A stretch of 64,000 nucleotides of DNA from Nitrososphaerota archaeon (GCA_038845265.1 JAWBQR010000002.1:94609-158608); one strand, 5' to 3'. Positions 20,146-30,369 are shown, counted from the first letter of the stretch. The notes: generated by a model from the letters alone, not told the origin. Made by a program: numbers and translations.

Positions 20146-20919
20146 TTATTTGTATTTTTTATGCCCCAGCCTGAATACCCAGCTATTCTCTTCTTTTTCG
20201 CTTCCTATATTGATGACCTTTATACTGACGAGTCCTTCCCTAGTAATGTCTATTACATTAAAGCTGTTTCCTAGTCTTCCCCTAGTCCTCACTGACGAGA
20301 CAGTGCCAGCATTAACGAAAATCGTATCGTTAACCTGCATTGCGTTTCTAACATGTCTATGTCCCATCAATACAAGATCTACCTTAGCATCAAGAATTGC
20401 CTTTAAAACATCTCCAGCATCCTCAAGAATATCCTTCTCTCTACCAGCAAACGGAACAGGAATGATGTGGTGATGAAGCACAAGTATCTTCAGCACACCC
20501 TCAGGAAGTGTGCCAAACTTGCTAGTAATGAGTCCCTGCCTATGTCTTCCGAGCCTACCATTATCAGAATCTGGGACGGCACTGTCGAGCAAAAGAAAGA
20601 CGGCCTTCCCAATACTTGTCTCAAAGTCGACTGGACCAATTATCTCCTTAAAGAGCGAATCGCCATTATTTCTCTCGTCATGGTTTCCCGGGGCAAATAA
20701 TATTTCGTAGGGCATTGCTTTAAGCTTCTCAGCGGCTAACTCATAGTCATCTAGCACTCCATTATCGGTGATGTCTCCTGAATGGACAATTACGTCAGGC
20801 CGAGGATCGAGCTCTGTTATTAACGAGATACATCTATCAAGCATCTCCGAGAGATGCATACCATACCTAGTGATGTGTGTATCAGAGATGTGTGCTATTC
20901 TTAGCTTGATGTCATTCAT
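20146..20919 (-). CDS. Calcineurin-like metallophosphoesterase (Icc/CpdA-like)
   Basis: SDTH, GD-x(2)-D, GNHD, HH, GHRH. Confidence 0.92.
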   Translation of the reverse strand: MNDIKLRIAHISDTHITRYGMHLSEMLDRCISLITELDPRPDVIVHSGDITDNGVLDDYELAAEKLKAMPYEILFAPGNHDERNNGDSLFKEIIGPVDFETSIGKAVFLLLDSAVPDSDNGRLGRHRQGLITSKFGTLPEGVLKILVLHHHIIPVPFAGREKDILEDAGDVLKAILDAKVDLVLMGHRHVRNAMQVNDTIFVNAGTVSSVRTRGRLGNSFNVIDITREGLVSIKVINIGSEKEENSWVFRLGHKKYK

Positions 20920-20954
20920 TTACAAGCTTATTATAGGGAAAATTATATATGTAT

Positions 20955-21929
20955 TTATCCTATCAATAGGCGTAGCGGGATCTTAAGTGCACTGATAATA
21001 TTCTCGATCTTAATATTGTTTAGAACTGACTCTATCATTCTTAATTCATCCTCTGATAGACTAAAATCAGCTGCACCGGCATTCTCCTCGGCTTGAGATT
21101 GTCTTTTAACTCCGGGAATGGCGACGACTTCCTTTTTCCTTATCAGCCAGTTGAGTGCAACTTGTGCTGGTGTCTTCCCCCTTCTTGACGCAATCTCTCT
21201 AAGTATGCTGATTAGTGGCTGTAGTCTTTTTAGATTCTCTTTATCAAATAGTATGTTGATTTTTCTTATGTTGTCTTGAGGCCTATTCTCGGGGCCGTAC
21301 TTTCCAGTCAGAAGTCCCTGCGCAAGAGGGCTATAGGCAATGATGGTAATCTTGTTTTTCTCCGCGAAGGGAAGAAGCTCTTTCTCTGCATCTCTTTCAA
21401 TCATGTTATACTTTACTTGGTTCGAGACTATCTCATTGTTTCTGAGTGCTTCTTGGGCTTGGATAAGCTTTTTCAGTGAGAAGTTGCTGACGCCTATGTA
21501 TCTGATCTTTCCTTCCTTTACGAGTTTCTCCATCGCCCTCATTGTTTGACTCAGGGGTATGAGTGGATTAGGCCAATGAATCTGGTAAAGATCAATTATG
21601 TCTACTCCTAGTCTTTGAATGCTCCTTTCACATGCCTTTAAGACGCCGTCATAGGTCAGGTGGGTTGGCCAGACCTTTGTCGCGATTACTACATTATCCC
21701 TCATGTTCTTGATCGCTTTTCCGATTATTCTTTCTGATTCTCCGTCGCCATACATCTCGGCGGTGTCTATGAAGTTTATTCCCAGCTCTATTGCTCTCCT
21801 TATCGCATCGATTGTTTCTTGCTCACTGTATTCCCTTCCCCATCCCCAGTACTTGCTGCCTATTTGCCATGAGCCTATTCCTATCTGTGAGATTTTTAAT
21901 CCGGTTCTTCCGAGCTCTGTGAAGATCAT
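20955..21929 (-). CDS. Aldo/keto reductase
   Basis: IDTAEMYG, IATKV, YQIHWP, GVSNF, AYSPLAQG. Confidence 0.95.
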   Translation of the reverse strand: MIFTELGRTGLKISQIGIGSWQIGSKYWGWGREYSEQETIDAIRRAIELGINFIDTAEMYGDGESERIIGKAIKNMRDNVVIATKVWPTHLTYDGVLKACERSIQRLGVDIIDLYQIHWPNPLIPLSQTMRAMEKLVKEGKIRYIGVSNFSLKKLIQAQEALRNNEIVSNQVKYNMIERDAEKELLPFAEKNKITIIAYSPLAQGLLTGKYGPENRPQDNIRKINILFDKENLKRLQPLISILREIASRRGKTPAQVALNWLIRKKEVVAIPGVKRQSQAEENAGAADFSLSEDELRMIESVLNNIKIENIISALKIPLRLLIG

Positions 21930-21972
21930 GTTGGTAATTTTTTAGTTTGTTTCTTTGATAAGTGTTTCTGGG

Positions 21973-22731
21973 TTACTTAAGGGAGCCTACTGGCATTACG
22001 TAGATTGGTATTTCTCCGCTTGGTAGGTCTAGGATCTTCTCGATCTCTGACTCGTAGAAGGCTCCTATTACTACGCATCCAAGTCCAAGGGTCTCTGCTT
22101 GGAGATATACGTTTTGTGCAGCATGTCCTGATTCTTGTAGGATGTATTGCCATCCTCTCTCGCCATATCTTCTCTTCGTCCTCTCCACGACTGCGGTGAA
22201 GACTAGATTTATGGCTGCGTCTCTTACCCATTCTTGCTCGACGCATGCGGTCATGAGTTGTTCGCTGAAGTCTCCTTTGATTAATAGTTCTAATTCGTGT
22301 TCTCTGGGCTTGTAGTGGTATATTCCTGGCTCTAGTTCTTGGACGCCGCCTTTCTTTACTGCGACGTATATTTCGAGTGGGTATAGGCCGCCTGCTGATG
22401 GTGCGCTTCTGAGCCCTATCCAGACCCTTGGCTCTGTTATTCCCTGGGCAGCCCATAGTAGTTGTGAGACTTGGGTTAGTTGGAGGGGTGTGTCTGTGTA
22501 TTCTCTTCTTGATCTTCTTCTTAGTATTGCTTGTTCGAGGGAGATTGGGCCGTCTGTTCTTGGTGGTGGTAGTTTTATTGTGTTTGTTGTGGTTCTTGTT
22601 TGTCTCTCTTTCATGTTGTTATTTTTTGGTGTTTGGGTTAATATTCCTAGCGTGGCTGTGATGGCTCCTGTGATTATTATTGGTATGAGTAGTTTGGTTT
22701 TTAGTAGGTTTCTCCTCGTGGTTTTTTTCAA
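21973..22731 (-). CDS. SagB/ThcOx-like nitroreductase with N-terminal Tat-like signal or anchor
   Basis: RRS-x-R, PSAGGLYP, ESGHAAQN, IGAF; TRRNLL plus hydrophobic helix. Confidence 0.85.
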   Translation of the reverse strand: MKKTTRRNLLKTKLLIPIIITGAITATLGILTQTPKNNNMKERQTRTTTNTIKLPPPRTDGPISLEQAILRRRSRREYTDTPLQLTQVSQLLWAAQGITEPRVWIGLRSAPSAGGLYPLEIYVAVKKGGVQELEPGIYHYKPREHELELLIKGDFSEQLMTACVEQEWVRDAAINLVFTAVVERTKRRYGERGWQYILQESGHAAQNVYLQAETLGLGCVVIGAFYESEIEKILDLPSGEIPIYVMPVGSLK

Positions 22732-22781
22732 GGGTTTTTCTGGTTTTCTTTTTGGCTTGGGGGTTGATTAATTTTTGGGGT

Positions 22782-23822
22782 TTATATTCGTTTTATGGTG
22801 TTTAGGGGTCTGATTTTTTTGACTTCTGGGTTTACTAGGTGTGGTGGTTCTTCGCCTCTTAGGACTGAGATTAGGTTTGTTGCGGCGAGCTCGGACATCT
22901 TGGTTCTTGAGCTTATCGAGGCGCTTCCTATGTGTGGTACCAGGACAACGTTGCTGAACTGTATGAGTGGGTTGTCTGGATTTATGGGTTCTCGCTCGAA
23001 GACGTCGAGGGCGGCTCCTGCTATCCATTTTTCTCTAAGGGCCTTGACTAGCGCTGCCTCATCAACTACTGGCCCCCTGCTGGTGTTTATCAAGTAGGCG
23101 GTGGGCTTCATCATTCTTAGTTCTTTCTCGCCGATCATGTGTCTTGTCTCTTTGGTGAGTGCTACGTGTATTGAGACGAAGTCAGAGTTCTTGAGGAGTT
23201 CTTCAAGCGGGACGAACTGGGCTCCGAGCTCGGATTCTTTTTCAGGAGGCGCCCTGACTACGTCGTAGTATAGAATCTTCATATCGAATCCTTTTGCTCT
23301 TTTAGCGACTGCCTGGCCTATTCTTCCGAACCCGATTATTCCTATAGTCTTTCCATATACATCTGCGCCAATGAAGAATGTCGGGGTCCAAACTATCTTC
23401 CATTTTCCCGCCCTGAGGTAGTTATCCGCCTCGACTATCCTTCGGGCAACTGCGAGGAGAAGGGCCCACGTCAGGTCGGCCGTGGCTTCCGTCAAGACTC
23501 CGGGAGTATTGGTGACGTATATTCCCCTCCTAGTAGCCTCCTCTACGTCTATGTGGTCGAATCCGACTGAGTTTGTACTTATGACTACTAGGTTTGGCGA
23601 GAGGTCCATGACTTCGGCGTCGATTTTATCTCCCACCATGCAAATTATTCCGTCCTTGTTTCGCGCCCTCTCTAGCAGTAATGACCGTGGAGGAGGTCCT
23701 CCAGCATCATAGACATCCACGTCGCAGTACTGTCTTAGAAGCTCCATGTGCTGGGGAAATAATGGCTGCGTCACGAAGATTTTCGGACGACTAATACTTG
23801 TTGTGGTGGATTTATTACTCAT
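22782..23822 (-). CDS. gyaR: Glyoxylate reductase / D-2-hydroxyacid dehydrogenase
   Basis: VGFDHID, TNTPGVL, GFGRIG, INTSRG, LDVFEREP, PHIGSA; start set at MSNKS (the track extension to 24392 is spurious). Confidence 0.9.
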   Translation of the reverse strand: MSNKSTTTSISRPKIFVTQPLFPQHMELLRQYCDVDVYDAGGPPPRSLLLERARNKDGIICMVGDKIDAEVMDLSPNLVVISTNSVGFDHIDVEEATRRGIYVTNTPGVLTEATADLTWALLLAVARRIVEADNYLRAGKWKIVWTPTFFIGADVYGKTIGIIGFGRIGQAVAKRAKGFDMKILYYDVVRAPPEKESELGAQFVPLEELLKNSDFVSIHVALTKETRHMIGEKELRMMKPTAYLINTSRGPVVDEAALVKALREKWIAGAALDVFEREPINPDNPLIQFSNVVLVPHIGSASISSRTKMSELAATNLISVLRGEEPPHLVNPEVKKIRPLNTIKRI

Positions 23823-23873
23823 CACTTCAGGATTTTGTTTCCTGATATTTATATTATTATAGCTGGTCAGGTG

Positions 23874-25022
23874 ATGGTTAGTTTGGGTTTGGAGTTCTTC
23901 GCCACGACTATCTACGGTCTTGAGGACGTTGCTGCCGCGGAGGTCCGTGAACTGACTGGTAGGGATGCTCTGAGTGATATTGCAAAGGTAATCTTCAGAG
24001 GTGATGTAATGGATGCGGCATTGCTGAACTATGCCTCGAGGTGCTGTAATAGGATATTCGTGATGCTCGCGAGAAGAGAAGTTGAGAGTCTCGCAGAGAT
24101 TGAGAGGACGGCGAGAGAGGTCGATTACTCGGAGATAATAGATGAGAATCAGTCTTTTGCCGTTAGGTCCGAGAGGCATGGTTCTCATCCATTTACAAGC
24201 ATGGATATGAGTGCCGCCGTCGGTCGTGGCGTCATAGAGTCGTATAAGGGGTCGAGGGGTGTGAGGCTCAGGGTTGACCTCGATAATCCTGACGTGGAGC
24301 TTTTCGCGCTGCTTAGGGATTCTGAATTCATCTTGGGTTTGAACACGACTGGGCGCTCCCTTCACAACAGGTATTATCGAGTCTTTCATCATAGGGCTGG
24401 GCTCTCCGCGACCATTGCCGCCTCGATGCTTAGGCTTAGTGGTTGGCGGTCATCCGAGTCTCTGTTAGATCCATTCTGTGGTAGTGGGACGATTCCAATC
24501 GAGGCTGGGCTTATGGGTCTCAAGATAGCTCCCGGACTTATGGCTAGCGATATGGCGATGTATCGACTAAGAATATTCAGCGAGGACTTGCTGAGAAGTG
24601 TGAGGGAGAAACTCGTGTCCTCTGAAGAGCGCTGGAGGGAGCTGAGAATTCTGGGTTCTGATGCCTCTCCTAGATACATTGATGGAGCATTGATGAATGC
24701 TAGGGCTGCGGGGCTGGAGGGCAAATTAAGGATTGTCCAAGGAGATGTGAGAAAGATTGATGAATGGCTATTCATGCCCATAGATAGAGTAGTGACTAAT
24801 CCTCCGTTCGGCGTGAGGATGGGTCTTCGAAGAGCCGAGGAGTTCTATACCTCCGCCTTTAAAGCTCTCTCGAAGGTCGCTCCTGGTGCACTCGTTACTT
24901 TTCTCACGAACAAGCCGGTTATTGTTGGTAGGTCGATGAATAATGCTGGCTGGTCTCTCATCGATAAGAGAAGGATAATTTATGGCACGCTTGAGGTCAG
25001 CATCATAATGGCCAAGACATGA
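23874..25022 (+). CDS. trm14: THUMP-domain tRNA m2G methyltransferase (Trm14-like)
   Basis: THUMP region, LDPFCGSGTI, TNPPFG; start chosen at ATG 23874. Confidence 0.8.
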   Translation: MVSLGLEFFATTIYGLEDVAAAEVRELTGRDALSDIAKVIFRGDVMDAALLNYASRCCNRIFVMLARREVESLAEIERTAREVDYSEIIDENQSFAVRSERHGSHPFTSMDMSAAVGRGVIESYKGSRGVRLRVDLDNPDVELFALLRDSEFILGLNTTGRSLHNRYYRVFHHRAGLSATIAASMLRLSGWRSSESLLDPFCGSGTIPIEAGLMGLKIAPGLMASDMAMYRLRIFSEDLLRSVREKLVSSEERWRELRILGSDASPRYIDGALMNARAAGLEGKLRIVQGDVRKIDEWLFMPIDRVVTNPPFGVRMGLRRAEEFYTSAFKALSKVAPGALVTFLTNKPVIVGRSMNNAGWSLIDKRRIIYGTLEVSIIMAKT

Positions 25023-25099
25023 CTTATGAGTATTGGTCACGCCCGGGGCGATGCTTGGCTTAGTGATGGATGCTCCATCTTCAGATCGATGAGGCTTAA

Positions 25100-25108
25100 T
25101 TTTATAAG
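25100..25108 (+). promoter_or_regulatory. TATA box upstream of PCNA
   Basis: TTTTATAAG about 35 nt upstream of the start codon. Confidence 0.5.
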
Positions 25109-25143
25109 CGGCCTCTCTGCAATTTGATGCAGGAGAGTGTAAG

Positions 25144-25905
25144 TTGTCGTTCGTTATGAGGCTGCCAAATGCGGAATACCTAACCGACCTGATGAGAGCT
25201 ATCTCGGCAGTAGTGGATGAAGCGACCTTTAAGATCGATAGTGAGGGTCTGAAGCTCGTCTCGATGGACCCAGCACATATAAGCCTCGTCGATTTCCTCC
25301 TCAGCAAAGAGGCCGCTGAGGAATATTCAGTAGCTAAGGAGTTGGAGCTTACGGTCAACATGCAGGACCTCCTCAAGTTTCTTAAGAGGGCGAAGAAGGG
25401 CGAGTCGCTCACACTTTCCTACGATGCCGAGAAGAAGAAGCTTATGATGACTCTTAGCGACTCTGCATATTCTAGGGAGAGGAGTTTTCAGCTCAGTACG
25501 CTTGAGCCCGCCGGCATGGCCGCGATGTCGAGTCCAAAGCTGAGCTTCGAGGCAAAGGCGAGGCTGAGTACTGACGCGCTCTGGGAGGCCATCGAGGATG
25601 CGGGAATAATTGCCGACGCGATGAAGATTACTATTCAGCCCGAAATGATAATACTCACAGCTAGGGGCGAGACAAGTACTGTCCAGAATAAGCTCTCGAA
25701 GCAAGGCGCCCTCGTCTTTGAGATTCAGACCGATAAAGAGGTATCTGCGAGTTTTAGTTTGACCTATCTTGAGAAGATAGTTAAGCCATGCAGGGACATA
25801 TCGGAAGAGGTTACTATGATGCTCAGTACAAATAAGCCAATTAAGCTTCATTTTCCCTTCCCAGCCGGGAGGCTTGAGTACCTCATAGCTCCGAGACTGG
25901 AGTAG
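25144..25905 (+). CDS. pcn: DNA sliding clamp PCNA
   Basis: SMDPAHISLVDF, FSLTYL, C-terminal YLIAPR; 253 aa. Confidence 0.96.
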   Translation: MSFVMRLPNAEYLTDLMRAISAVVDEATFKIDSEGLKLVSMDPAHISLVDFLLSKEAAEEYSVAKELELTVNMQDLLKFLKRAKKGESLTLSYDAEKKKLMMTLSDSAYSRERSFQLSTLEPAGMAAMSSPKLSFEAKARLSTDALWEAIEDAGIIADAMKITIQPEMIILTARGETSTVQNKLSKQGALVFEIQTDKEVSASFSLTYLEKIVKPCRDISEEVTMMLSTNKPIKLHFPFPAGRLEYLIAPRLE

Positions 25906-26084
25906 TCATAACTGTCTTTATTCATTGGTTGAGTGTTAAGTGTTAGGATTTTTTCTCAAAATTGCTTAACACCCCCTCCTCCTCACGGAGGTATCTTTCA
26001 GTAGTAGCCATCTGCATTTCACTACCACGTAGTATAATATTGCTGATGATGCAAAAATAGATTTGTGAATAAATAATTATTTAT

Positions 26085-28016
26085 TTAGATTAGTCTTCCG
26101 ACCCTGTCGCCGTCGTGGATTGCTTCTTTAATACGTCCCGGGCTTCTTGAGTCTCCGATTACGTATGACTCGGCGCAGGCAGCCTTGAAGCTATCTACTA
26201 ATTGCTGGTCAGTCCTTAGGCCGATTGAGAGTATTACTGTATCTGCGCTTATCTCGATTGGCTTGCTCTCTCCTATCCTAATTACTAGTGATGAGGGCTT
26301 GGCCTCGAGGACCTCTGATTTGCATATGGCCCTGACGCCCGCCTTCTTCAGCATATCCCAGAGAACAGTCGTGGTATACTTGTATCCAACCTCGTCAAAC
26401 GGCATCAGCTCGATCATCTTCTCAATAACCGTCACGTTCTTTCCATGATTAGCGAGGTAGACCGCGGTCTCACAGCCAGTCGTCCCTCCACCAATTATTA
26501 CCGGCTCATTTCCAACCCTCCCCGGATTCAGAAGCGCCTCCGCCGCCGTCATTGTCTTTATCTTGTCAAGCCCCTTGATCTCTGGACGAACAGGCTTCGC
26601 ACCAATCGCGACGACCAGAGCGTCAGGACTAATATTTCTAACCATGTTGGGCGTGACTTCTACTCCGAGCTTCACCTCGGCTCCACTCTCAGCCAGCTCT
26701 GCCTTTAGATACTCGAGAAACTCGCGTACATCTGACTTAAAGGGTGGCCTGCATCCAGGCACCATTAGTCCGCCGAGCTCCTTCTCCTTCTCGTACAGGG
26801 TCACCTCGTGTCCCCTCCTTGCAGCAACCATAGCGGCCATCATTCCCGCAGGGCCTCCACCAACGACCACGACTCGCTTACGCCTAGCCGCTGGCTTCAG
26901 CGGCTCCTCACTCTCCCTGAATAGATACGGATTCACCGTACATGCAAGGATACGTACCCACGCAACTGCCTCATAGTGACAGACATTGCATCTAAGGCAG
27001 GGGCGAATTCGTCTTCCCTCTTTAGCCTTGTTGACCCACTCTGGGTCGGCTAGAAGCTGCCTCCCAAGACAGACAATGTCCGCCTTGCCCGCCGCCAGTA
27101 TCGACTCCGCGAACTCCGGGTCCTTTATTCCCCCGAAAGCCATGACGGGCACAGCATCACCAACATGACGCTTAATGTACTCAGCCACTGGAATCGATAT
27201 ATCTCTCGGATGATACAGAATCGGGACACCTGGGTACTTCATCAAGCCGAGCGCAGCAATACCAGTAGACATAGTGGCAGGCTGAAGATATACCACTCCC
27301 TCATCAATCATAATCTTCGCAATCTTCACAGCAGTCTCTAGGTCGTTTCCATCAGGCACCTCCTCATACGCATTAAACTTAAACCCGACGGGAAAATCAG
27401 AACCACACTCGCGGTGAATACCCCTAACAATCTCCACAGGCACGCGCATCCTTCCCTCAAGATCTCCCCCGTACTCGTCCCTCCTCCTATTACTGAACGC
27501 AGAGATGAACTCAGCGATTAGATATCCATATGCGCCGTGGAGCTCGACTCCGTCGAAGCCAGCCTTCTTCGCCCTAACAGCAGCTTGGACAAACTCCTCA
27601 ATAACCCTCTCAACCTGCTCCTTCGTCAGCTCCTTCGGCAGCACAGAATACCACGGAATATCTATCGCAGACGGAGCGTATGAGCCCAGCGGATCAGCGC
27701 CACCCATCGTGGCTATCTGAAGAAAGACCTTAGCGCCATACCTATGGGCAGCATCGGCATACCTCTTCAGGCTTGGGATCAGTCGGTCATCATTCGCAGC
27801 CATCAATGGGAAGCGCTGAAACTTAGTCGCCGCTGTGAACTGGCTAATTATTAATCCAACGCCTCCCTTCGCCCTCGCCTCTACATATGGAATCGCCTCG
27901 TCCAAGACTGTGCCATCCGGATTGTAGTAGCCAGTACCCATAGGCGCCAATGCAACCCTATTCCTGACCTCGACTTTGCCAAGCCTTATCGGAGAGAAAA
28001 GAATCTTACTGGACAT
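26085..28016 (-). CDS. Old yellow enzyme-like NADH:flavin oxidoreductase with 4Fe-4S and FAD domains (FadH/BaiCD-like)
   Basis: RAKGGVG, GFDGVELHGA, CLRCNVC...C, VVGGGPAG. Confidence 0.9.
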   Translation of the reverse strand: MSSKILFSPIRLGKVEVRNRVALAPMGTGYYNPDGTVLDEAIPYVEARAKGGVGLIISQFTAATKFQRFPLMAANDDRLIPSLKRYADAAHRYGAKVFLQIATMGGADPLGSYAPSAIDIPWYSVLPKELTKEQVERVIEEFVQAAVRAKKAGFDGVELHGAYGYLIAEFISAFSNRRRDEYGGDLEGRMRVPVEIVRGIHRECGSDFPVGFKFNAYEEVPDGNDLETAVKIAKIMIDEGVVYLQPATMSTGIAALGLMKYPGVPILYHPRDISIPVAEYIKRHVGDAVPVMAFGGIKDPEFAESILAAGKADIVCLGRQLLADPEWVNKAKEGRRIRPCLRCNVCHYEAVAWVRILACTVNPYLFRESEEPLKPAARRKRVVVVGGGPAGMMAAMVAARRGHEVTLYEKEKELGGLMVPGCRPPFKSDVREFLEYLKAELAESGAEVKLGVEVTPNMVRNISPDALVVAIGAKPVRPEIKGLDKIKTMTAAEALLNPGRVGNEPVIIGGGTTGCETAVYLANHGKNVTVIEKMIELMPFDEVGYKYTTTVLWDMLKKAGVRAICKSEVLEAKPSSLVIRIGESKPIEISADTVILSIGLRTDQQLVDSFKAACAESYVIGDSRSPGRIKEAIHDGDRVGRLI

Positions 28017-28244
28017 GAATAATCAGCAAAAATATCTAATTTTCATCGATATATATCCTTATCTTAATTTTTTCTGCTCATCTGTCTTGTAAATCTGGGA
28101 ATTGGAGTGACTAGTGTGTACTTTGGAATGGTTAATCTTGAGAGCGAGCAGTGAAGCTCCTCGTGATATGCTTGGATAAAGAATTTAGAGAAAACTCGAA
28201 AATTGGTTGACGGAAATTGAAACTAGAAGTATCATGAAAGTATT

Positions 28245-29390
28245 ATGTATGTTTTATTCCTTGTTTTTGGCGTGATGATGGAGATGCTGAACAGGAGGAA
28301 TGAGAAACCGGCAATGTGTATTATCTTTGCGGTACTCATGTTTTCTTCGTTGCTCCTTGCATCGGTTGTACAGGCACAGGAAGAACAACCAGTGACCGTA
28401 ACCAGCGATAAAGAAGTCTATAAGCATGGAGATACCGTGGCATTCACGTTTTCTGGATTAGGGCCCAATCAGACATATCAATTAGAAATCTCAAGAAAAG
28501 GCATAGCTGTACATACAGTAGAGATTATAACAAATAGTGATGGAAATCCCACAGAGGATGTTGTATGGAGTACGGGTGACGCAGAGCCAGGGACTTATAA
28601 CTACGTCATTAAAAATAACAGCGGCGAAGAGCTAGGAAGAGGCACGCTAGGAATAGTTGGGATAAATAAGGAAAGGTTCTCGGCGGACGAGGAGATACTT
28701 ATCAGTGGTGGAGGAGCTGTAGCAGGTGAGGAAGTGACAGCGGAGCTAAGGAATGACTCAACGGTGCTTGCCACTGCGAGTGTATCTTCTGATAGTGATG
28801 GGGAGTTCTCACTGAGCATAAAGATTCCTTATGACGCGGCAAATGGTACGTATGCCGTCGTTGTAAATGTCTCTGGAAATGTGATTACCTTCAGTATAGA
28901 GATTGAGACGACTTCATCCCAACTCCTCGAGAACACTGAACTAATCTTCGATGACTTATTAGGAAATGTTTCTGGAATCAATGCATCAATTGTTGATAGT
29001 TTGGTCGCTAAGCTGAGGAATGCGAAGATGAAGGTTGAGTCCGCTGAAGAATTGTTGGCTGAGGGAAAGATGCATGTTGCTAGAAACATGCTTAGAGCTG
29101 CGCGAAACATGCTTACAGCATTTATCCACGAGGTGAGGGCGCAGCGTGGAAAGCACCTTGACGAGGCTACTGCAGATAGCCTGATAAGTGCAGCCCAGGG
29201 ACTAATAATGCGGATAGAGTATCTCATGACGCAGCTAGACAATCAAAATGTGAATGAGACAACTTCGATTTTGAATAAAAACGGCAATGGAGGAGACAGA
29301 GACAAAGGTGAGAATAGAGGCGATAAGGGGAAGGATAACGAGAATCATGGAAAAAGCGATAATGGAAACCATAAAGGAAAGAAGAAGTAG
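28245..29390 (+). CDS. Secreted protein: two Ig-like beta regions, helical bundle and charged low-complexity tail
   Basis: Signal peptide ending VQA-QEE, beta-rich repeats, AFIHEVRAQRGK helical segment, G/D/K/N-rich tail. Confidence 0.65.
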   Translation: MYVLFLVFGVMMEMLNRRNEKPAMCIIFAVLMFSSLLLASVVQAQEEQPVTVTSDKEVYKHGDTVAFTFSGLGPNQTYQLEISRKGIAVHTVEIITNSDGNPTEDVVWSTGDAEPGTYNYVIKNNSGEELGRGTLGIVGINKERFSADEEILISGGGAVAGEEVTAELRNDSTVLATASVSSDSDGEFSLSIKIPYDAANGTYAVVVNVSGNVITFSIEIETTSSQLLENTELIFDDLLGNVSGINASIVDSLVAKLRNAKMKVESAEELLAEGKMHVARNMLRAARNMLTAFIHEVRAQRGKHLDEATADSLISAAQGLIMRIEYLMTQLDNQNVNETTSILNKNGNGGDRDKGENRGDKGKDNENHGKSDNGNHKGKKK

Positions 29391-29400
29391 GCGCCTGTTC

Positions 29401-30369
29401 TTAGGGTGGCTCGACTCCGAATGTCCTTACAATATTTCTGTTCGTCAAGTCATCGATTAATTTTTCTGGAAAACCATTTTCTACGAGCCAGGAGATTAGT
29501 TGTGAGTATTTCTCGAGGCTCCTTATTCCAGAGAGGTATGGCGGGTTGAGTTTTTCCTGAAGCGTGTGGGGCGCGTGGTCAGTCTCTATGAAATCAATCT
29601 CGCCCCTTCTCAGCGCCTCGAGTAGTCCATGAGTATCTTCAGGCTCCCTGAGCGGTGGATTGACCTTCAAGAGAAGCCCATTAGGCCCCTCCATATCGCG
29701 TGTGCTCATCATCAAGTGGTGTGGAGTCACTCCGCAGACGACTCTTACTCCACTCTGCCTCGCCCTAGAGATGAGCTCTATTGTCCCTGGAGTGGATACA
29801 TGGACAATGTGGAGCGTTCCTCTAAACCCCGAGCTTCTGGCTGCGTTGATCTGGTCCCTGACTGCCTCTACCTCTGACTCGGGTGGACGTGCGAGGTTCC
29901 AGCTCGACGGTGTATTTGGACTCCATTTCTCCGTCTTGAATAGGCTTGTCTTCTCGCAGTGGACAGCGATGACGCCCTTATAGCCCATATCGGCCAATGC
30001 CCTGTATACCCGGAGCTGGTCTTCGGGGTTCTCAACCTCGATTCCCTTCATCTGGGCAGTATACATCTTTAGTCCAACCACCCTCGGCTCCTCTTCAACG
30101 GTCCTGACCGCCTCCTCAAGCTGGTCCAGCCTCCTGGTCGCTGCGACGTAGAGATAGTAGCCCTTCTTGACGCCCTGCTCTGCGGCTGTTCTTAATCTCC
30201 TCTCAACTAACTCGCGGTTCGTTATTGGTGGCTCGGTGTTAGGCATATCGAAGATAATTGATACTCCCTGACTCCTCGCTAGGCTGAATACCTCTCTTAT
30301 CGTGGATTTATAGCTCTCCCCCCAGTCCCTGCAGTGGACATGCGGGTCGATTCTTCCCTCCTCACTCAT
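29401..30369 (-). CDS. pyrC: Dihydroorotase
   Basis: IDPHVHCR, DMPNT, HVST, TPHHL, KVNPPLR, TDHAPH; in operon with pyrBI. Confidence 0.92.
   Translation of the reverse strand: MSEEGRIDPHVHCRDWGESYKSTIREVFSLARSQGVSIIFDMPNTEPPITNRELVERRLRTAAEQGVKKGYYLYVAATRRLDQLEEAVRTVEEEPRVVGLKMYTAQMKGIEVENPEDQLRVYRALADMGYKGVIAVHCEKTSLFKTEKWSPNTPSSWNLARPPESEVEAVRDQINAARSSGFRGTLHIVHVSTPGTIELISRARQSGVRVVCGVTPHHLMMSTRDMEGPNGLLLKVNPPLREPEDTHGLLEALRRGEIDFIETDHAPHTLQEKLNPPYLSGIRSLEKYSQLISWLVENGFPEKLIDDLTNRNIVRTFGVEPP

Noticed and set aside
23823-24392. Apparent 190-aa N-terminal extension of glyoxylate reductase (536-aa ORF)
   Set aside because: It is antisense to the Trm14-like gene and has no motifs; the enzyme domain begins at MSNKS (23822).
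25025-25095. Possible third box C/D sRNA upstream of PCNA (minus strand CTGAAGA...CTAA...GTGA)
   Set aside because: Boxes are too degenerate and there is no convincing terminal stem.
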